Assembly (NCBI GenBank): GCA_949372875.1
Contig: CASIAW010000006.1
Coordinates: 4,966 to 68,965, forward strand
From: Candidatus Poseidoniaceae archaeon
GTDB taxonomy: Archaea; Thermoplasmatota; Poseidoniia; Poseidoniales; Poseidoniaceae
Direction of reading: 5' to 3'
DNA length: 64,000 bases
Shown: in pieces, positions 58,760 through 64,000 of the stretch
Position numbering within the stretch: position 1 is the stretch's first letter
How the letters are laid out: each line of letters begins with the position of its first letter
Translations under genes and position numbers: made by a program
The notes under the pieces: generated by a model
Told to the model about the DNA's origin: nothing
Seen by the model: only the letters and a program-made list of their open reading frames with translations
Databases searched by the model: none

Positions 58760-61195
58760 ATGAAGAGACTCGTCGTTCTTCTTATCGCAGCATTGATGCT
58801 ACCAATTGCTGCAGTTGTTCCACTGGCATCAGCTTCAGGCTCCTCTCTTGTCGATGGGGGATATACTCAAGAAAATGAACCGAGTTTTGTATATTGGAAA
58901 CAAATGTATGATGGTTCCATTTTGACTGTTGATACGACAGGTAATTTGAGCGTTAACAGTTTTGTTAGTGGTTTCCTTATCCCTCAATGGACCATTGACT
59001 TGAATGTTAGTGCAAATTCAGCACGATTAGATTCGGCGCAACAATTGACGGTTGTGTGTCACGATTCTGGAGTTCTAATTGTTCATATGGACCTTCAAAT
59101 CGCAAACCGTAATATTTCTACTTTAGACGCCGTTAATGATGCTGATTGGGATGATGATGGTGATCTTTGGCTTGCATACTATGCAGGACGACGCCGTGCC
59201 GAAGAAATCGATTCCGAGGGCCCAACCGGGGTTGTATCTCCTCAAATTTCAACTGGTTTCAATGGATTTGAAGTCCTCTCCGATGGACGGGTTGTTGTCG
59301 GTGCATACGACAAAAAGGTCTACGTTTCAGGGAATGATGGGACCTTTTTGAGAACTTTAACTGACTCAACTGCAATTGTCAATACGGTCATGGAAGACCA
59401 TAATGAAGATTTAATTGTCGGTACTGCCAATGGCAAACTGTTTCGGTACAATACCACATCTTGGACTGTTGAAACCCTCTCGTTAACACATGGTAGTTCG
59501 ATTGTTTCTATTGAAGAGTTTGATAATTCAACTTATCACATCGGGACTCAAAATGGTCGATTGACTCAGGTTGACGTTACGGGCTTTTCCGAAGGCGAAA
59601 CATATGCTTCCTCTGGGCGCGTCATTGGCTCGTTACAGGCCTTCACCGGTGAACTGTATATCGTCACTTCAACTGCAACATCATCGAAGATTCGATTGTA
59701 TGACTTGGATACAGATGGCGATGGAGTCACCGACCAGGTCGACCTTTTCCCGTTCGAATTCACGCAATGGGAAGACGCTGATGGTGACGGATACGGAGAT
59801 AACCCAAATGGGTATCTTGGTGACGTTTTCCCTACAGATATCACGCAATGGGCAGATGCCGATGGTGACGGCTATGGAGATAATGCTGATGGCACAGACG
59901 GTGATGCTTTCCCAAATAACATTGAACAATGGACTGACTCTGATGGAGATGGATTTGGAGATAATGCAAATGGCATGGAGGGTGATAAATTCAAATTCGA
60001 ACCTTCACAATGGTTCGATACTGACCAAGACGGATACGGGGATAATCCAGAGGGAATAACACCCGATTCTTGTCCAACTGCGAATGGTTTTTCCAAATTC
60101 GATCGATTTGGCTGTCTTGATTCAGACCTCGATGGCTATTCGAACCCAACTGATTCTTGGACCGTGACACAGGGTGCTGACGCATTGCCAGAGCAAGGCA
60201 CGCAATGGAGAGATGGCGATGGTGACGGGTATGGGGACAACATCACAGGACTCTTGCCCGACTCTTGCAACTGGAAAGCAGGAACTTCAACAAAAGCTTG
60301 GATTGTTAACATTACTGCAGATATTGGCTACATCGAAGTTCCTTCCTACGGTTGCGAAGATGCCGATGGTGATGGGTGGGTCGATGTGACTGAGTCACAG
60401 AATATGGATTTAGACCCGAACGAGTATTTTGATGGAGACAACGATGGGGTAGGCTCCAATTCGGACTACGATGACACTCGTCCGTTGATTCAAACTGAAG
60501 AAGACCACTGCATGCTTAATTTTGATGACACATCACTTGCTTGTCAGGGATGGCGTAGTTCCGAATATCAGTCCTATGTGTCGAGAGATAAATCTGACAA
60601 TGAGTCCGACTTAAGTTTTGCAGCATGGAATACCAGCAAAAATGCGGGCTTACTCGACACCAATAAAGTAGATTCAAACACGGTAAAGCAAGTGGCGATG
60701 GTTGGAGGAGGCGCTTTCCTTCTCTTGACGGTCATCATCATCATTGTTGGTGTCTTTGCGAAACGTCGAAAGATGAATTCGTTGGTGAAAATGTACGGTG
60801 TACCGTTTATTCCGACTGAAAATAAATCCGCTGAAAATGAAGCATTAGAAGGTACTGCGGGCCTCTCCGCCCAAGGTGGTATCATTTCTGATTCGTCTTG
60901 GGATGATGAGATTGAAAGTCTTGACTTCTCAGCTCCTCAAGATGGTATCGAAGAGGAAGAATCACCTTCAAACGTTATTGACGCAGAGAGTTTGTATGGT
61001 GGTGAAGAAAGCCTTGAATCGATTGCTGGAATTGAAACTGAAGCCGCTCCAAGCCCTGTGCCAACTCCCGCAGCCGCTCCTGCCCCCGAGACGCCTGTAG
61101 AAGCCCCACCATTACCACCTGGTGGACTTCCAGAAGGATGGACTACGGATCAATGGAAATGGTATGGCCAAGAATGGCTTGATAAGAATCAGTGA
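58760..61195 (+). CDS. Secreted, membrane-anchored beta-propeller protein with TSP3-like repeats and Trp-rich cytoplasmic tail
   Basis: Signal peptide MKRLVVLLIAALML; propeller blades; DADGDGYGDN repeats; TM then KRRK; tail PPLPPGGLPEGWTTDQWKWYGQEWL. Confidence 0.85.
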   Translation: MKRLVVLLIAALMLPIAAVVPLASASGSSLVDGGYTQENEPSFVYWKQMYDGSILTVDTTGNLSVNSFVSGFLIPQWTIDLNVSANSARLDSAQQLTVVCHDSGVLIVHMDLQIANRNISTLDAVNDADWDDDGDLWLAYYAGRRRAEEIDSEGPTGVVSPQISTGFNGFEVLSDGRVVVGAYDKKVYVSGNDGTFLRTLTDSTAIVNTVMEDHNEDLIVGTANGKLFRYNTTSWTVETLSLTHGSSIVSIEEFDNSTYHIGTQNGRLTQVDVTGFSEGETYASSGRVIGSLQAFTGELYIVTSTATSSKIRLYDLDTDGDGVTDQVDLFPFEFTQWEDADGDGYGDNPNGYLGDVFPTDITQWADADGDGYGDNADGTDGDAFPNNIEQWTDSDGDGFGDNANGMEGDKFKFEPSQWFDTDQDGYGDNPEGITPDSCPTANGFSKFDRFGCLDSDLDGYSNPTDSWTVTQGADALPEQGTQWRDGDGDGYGDNITGLLPDSCNWKAGTSTKAWIVNITADIGYIEVPSYGCEDADGDGWVDVTESQNMDLDPNEYFDGDNDGVGSNSDYDDTRPLIQTEEDHCMLNFDDTSLACQGWRSSEYQSYVSRDKSDNESDLSFAAWNTSKNAGLLDTNKVDSNTVKQVAMVGGGAFLLLTVIIIIVGVFAKRRKMNSLVKMYGVPFIPTENKSAENEALEGTAGLSAQGGIISDSSWDDEIESLDFSAPQDGIEEEESPSNVIDAESLYGGEESLESIAGIETEAAPSPVPTPAAAPAPETPVEAPPLPPGGLPEGWTTDQWKWYGQEWLDKNQ

Positions 61196-61252
61196 ACTCT
61201 GTTTTCCATTCCTTCATGAAGCAGCAACTGAGCCGCTGAGCAGAGAGTAGGC

Positions 61253-61358
61253 AGTGTACTGGGGGACTGAACACCCATTGTACTCTTCCATAATGTCTTG
61301 AGGGGTTTGACAGAACCCTTGCGACTTCGTGGAAATGATATGTCGGTTGTCTGTATCA
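61253..61358. repeat. Structured ~107-nt direct repeat, copy 1
   Basis: agtgtactgggggactgaacacccattgtact...tgtcggttgtctgtatca; matches 62451-62557 with 5 substitutions and 1 indel. Confidence 0.92.
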
Positions 61359-61395
61359 ACCAACAGCGTTCACTACTCGTATCGCTTTGTATTGA

Positions 61396-62373
61396 CTACT
61401 TCCCCTGCTTAAGTTTCTTCCAAAGTTTGGACAGTTCAGAATCACTCTCGATGATTTTCATTATTTTCTGTGGTGTTAATACAGAATCAAAATTAATTTT
61501 GATAGGGAGGTATATTCCAATCTTTTTCTTCAGTTGATTTCTAATTTCTAAAATTTGTTCAAAATCACCAACTAAATCATCTCTTTTGAGATTATGGACT
61601 GAAGTATAAATTTTATCTACACCATATGACCCAATAGCGACATCACCATTTTTCATTTTGTACATGAATCCTTGTCGTGGGTGGCTATTATCTCCTCCTG
61701 AATAAGAGAAATGCCTTAACTCTACATAATGATTTTCATTCACTGATTTGAATGAATTAAATGTGAATGTTTTATCCTTCCATACGTAACCTGCATAGTA
61801 TGAAGAATCAGGTACAAATCCAATTCCGTTTCCTTGGCCATAAGAACCACCGGCACTCTGAGATATTACTAAATCCTCAGATGTGTGAGTATTGCCTCCG
61901 ACAAATGCAATCGATAGAACAAAAATTGATGGAACCATACACATACACATTGCTAACTCTGCTCCATTACTCAAAAGCAGAAGAAAACCCATTAAGGAGA
62001 TTACAAAAAATACTATTCCGAATGTGCTAAAGCTTCTATCAAAATCCATGCTATCAATAATCGAATCTTCGGTGACTATACTGTTTCCACCATGGCCAAA
62101 ACTGCTGAGAACTGTTATGTTGTTATCCATCACTTCGTTGGCAAAATCGATAGCATCGGCAAATTTTTCCGGGTCAAAGCGTGAGGAGAAGTGTTCTCCA
62201 TCAACGAAAAGATAGTGGCGATTTGTTATTACTCCGGTGATGTGTTTACCATTCCAATCTAATTCTGCTACACATTCTGGGCATTCAAAGACATTAGGCT
62301 CTCCTTGAGGAAATATAACCTGCTCGCGACAAATTGGGCATTCTATTTCGGCCATATCGAGTTCTGTATACAT
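61396..62373 (-). CDS. AT-rich orphan membrane protein with N-terminal zinc ribbon and two TM helices
   Basis: CPIC...CPEC; two hydrophobic helices mid-protein; visibly more AT-rich than flanking genes; lies between the two repeats. Confidence 0.75.
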   Translation of the reverse strand: MYTELDMAEIECPICREQVIFPQGEPNVFECPECVAELDWNGKHITGVITNRHYLFVDGEHFSSRFDPEKFADAIDFANEVMDNNITVLSSFGHGGNSIVTEDSIIDSMDFDRSFSTFGIVFFVISLMGFLLLLSNGAELAMCMCMVPSIFVLSIAFVGGNTHTSEDLVISQSAGGSYGQGNGIGFVPDSSYYAGYVWKDKTFTFNSFKSVNENHYVELRHFSYSGGDNSHPRQGFMYKMKNGDVAIGSYGVDKIYTSVHNLKRDDLVGDFEQILEIRNQLKKKIGIYLPIKINFDSVLTPQKIMKIIESDSELSKLWKKLKQGK

Positions 62374-62450
62374 CTAGAGTATAACGATTGAGCCGGCGAC
62401 ACCCTCCTCGCGACACCCACGCGTGACATACACTCCACGCGTCCGTAGCG

Positions 62451-62557
62451 AGTGTACTGGGGGACTGAACACCCATTGTACTTCTTCCATAATGTCTTGA
62501 GGGGTTTGTAAGAACCCTCGCGATTTCATGGAAATGATATGTCGGTTGTCTGTATCA
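62451..62557. repeat. Structured ~107-nt direct repeat, copy 2
   Basis: Same orientation as 61253-61358 and about 94% identical by manual alignment. Confidence 0.92.
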
Positions 62558-62629
62558 GCCCTCAAGAGACGGTGTAAACTTTCGATTACCGAGGTCTCTA
62601 CATCAGAACCTGCTTATCGGCTATCACGT

Positions 62630-64000
62630 TCACTCATTACGACGAATAAATGCTGCACCAAGCAAGCTAAGTGCTGCCAGTACTCCTGTAAAGCCTGGAA
62701 GCGATGAATCCTCGTCGGAAACAGTATCTTTCGATTTAGTTGAATCAAGTGGGAAGGCGTCGTCTGCATCGAGAACGTTATCTCCGTCGTCGTCTGTGTC
62801 TGCATTGTCGCCAGTTCCGTCATTGTCTGTATCCACGGATTCAGAGGAGTCGAGTGGGAAAGCATCGTCTGCATCGAGAACGTTATCTCCGTCATCGTCG
62901 GTGTCTGCATTGTCGCCAGTTCCGTCATTGTCTGTATCCACGGATTCAGAGGAGTCGAGTGGGAAGGCATCGTCTGCATCCGAGAACGTTATCTCCATCA
63001 TCGTCAGTGTCGGCATTGTCGCCAGTTCCGTCATTGTCTGTATCCACGGATTCAGAGGAGTCGAGTGGGAAAGCATCGTCTGCATCGAGAACGTTATCTC
63101 CATCATCGTCGGTGTCGGCATTGTCGCCAGTTCCGTCGTTGTCCGTATCCACGGATTCGGTTGGAGTCAAGTGGGAAGGCATCGTCTGCATCGAGAACGT
63201 TATCTCCATCATCGTCGGTGTCGGCATTGTCGCCAGTTCCGTCGTTGTCTGTATCTACGGATTCGGTTGGATCAAGTGGGAAGGCGTCATCTGCATCGAG
63301 AACTGATCGCCATCGTCATCAGTATCGGCATTGTCGCCAGTTCCGTCGTTGTCTGTATCCACGGATTCAGAGGAGTCAAGTGGGAAAGCATCGTCTGCAT
63401 CGAGAACGTTGTCACCGTCATCATCAGTATCGGCATTGTCTCCAGTTCCATCATTGTCTGTATCCACGGATTCAGAGGAGTCAAGTGGGAAGGCGTCGTC
63501 TGCATCGAGAACGTTATCTCCATCATCATCTGTGTCGGCATTGTCGCCAGTTCCGTCGTTGTCTGTATCCACGGATTCAGAGGAGTCGAGTGGGAAGGCG
63601 TCATCTGCATCGAGAACTGAATCTCCGTCGTCATCGGTGTCGGCATTGTCGCCAGTTCCGTCGTTGTCTGTATCTACGGATTCAGAGGAGTCGAGTGGGA
63701 AGGCATCGTCTGCATCAGAACGTTATCTCCATCATCGTCGGTGTCGGCATTGTCGCCAGTTCCGTCGTTGTCCGTATCTTCAGATTCGGTTGGAGTCAAG
63801 TGGGAAGGCATCGTCTGCATCCGGAACGTTATCTCCGTCATCGTCTGTGTCGGCATTGTCGCCAGTTCCGTCGTTATCCGTATCTTCAGATTCGGTTGGA
63901 TCAAGTGGGAAGGCATCGTCTGCATCCGTCACGTTATCTCCATCATCGTCGGTGTCGGCATTGTCGCCAGTTCCGTCGTTGTCCGTATCTTCAGATTCGG
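62630..64000 (-). CDS. C-terminal part of a TSP3-like repeat surface protein with PGF-CTERM (5' end beyond window; frameshifted in this sequence)
   Basis: DTDNDGTGDNADTDDDGDNVLDADDAFPLDSSESV repeats spread over several frames; ends LPGFTGVLAALSLLGAAFIRRNE. Confidence 0.75.
62740..64000 (-). repeat. Near-identical 105-bp tandem repeat array (about 12 units, 35 aa each)
   Basis: gcattgtcgccagttccgtc recurs every ~105 nt to the window end. Confidence 0.92.

Noticed and set aside
61253-62557. Canonical integron attC, IS terminal inverted repeats, dif site, tRNA-derived att or hammerhead ribozyme
   Set aside because: No RYYYAAC/GTTRRRY boxes, copies are direct rather than inverted, no dif consensus or cloverleaf, no CUGANGA/GAAA core; kept as an unclassified structured repeat
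62374-62565. 63-aa minus-strand ORF across repeat copy 2 (and 79-aa ORF 61298-61537)
   Set aside because: The frame is broken by the 1-nt indel in the other copy, so the conservation is not protein-coding
62740-64000. Tandem array as a CRISPR locus
   Set aside because: No unique spacers, the unit is a multiple of three encoding a Ca-binding peptide, and no cas genes are present

Overview
Gene-dense archaeal chromosomal segment, most likely Marine Group II (Ca. Poseidoniales). This is inferred from EF-1alpha, rps8e, SRP19, PolB, GINS and pantoate kinase occurring together with many large acidic TSP3/Dx[DN]xDG-repeat surface proteins and bacterial-like metabolic genes. Contents: the end of a sugar-modification/glycosylation cluster, BolA-Grx4, housekeeping genes (rpe, trxA, leuS, eno, ilvE, polB, pyk, tuf, rpsJ), a tRNA-Leu(CAA), a P1B heavy-metal ATPase, regulators, and about 9 secreted or membrane-anchored proteins, three with PGF-CTERM sorting signals. 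No integrase, transposase, CRISPR array or rRNA was recognised. The most unusual signal is a ~107-nt non-coding element present twice in direct orientation (61253-61358, 62451-62557). The two copies bracket one AT-rich orphan gene, each follows a minus-strand stop codon, and their stem substitutions preserve a three-hairpin fold on the + strand, suggesting a gene-cassette or structured-RNA system. Also notable: a palindrome-dense structured spacer at ~31.0-31.2 kb, a membrane-anchored double-wHTH regulator with BsuPI-like ectodomains, a CDIN1/TPD-like nuclease, a sensor-less wHTH-STAND ATPase and a chimeric LeuRS. All calls come from reading motifs by eye; no database searches were run.
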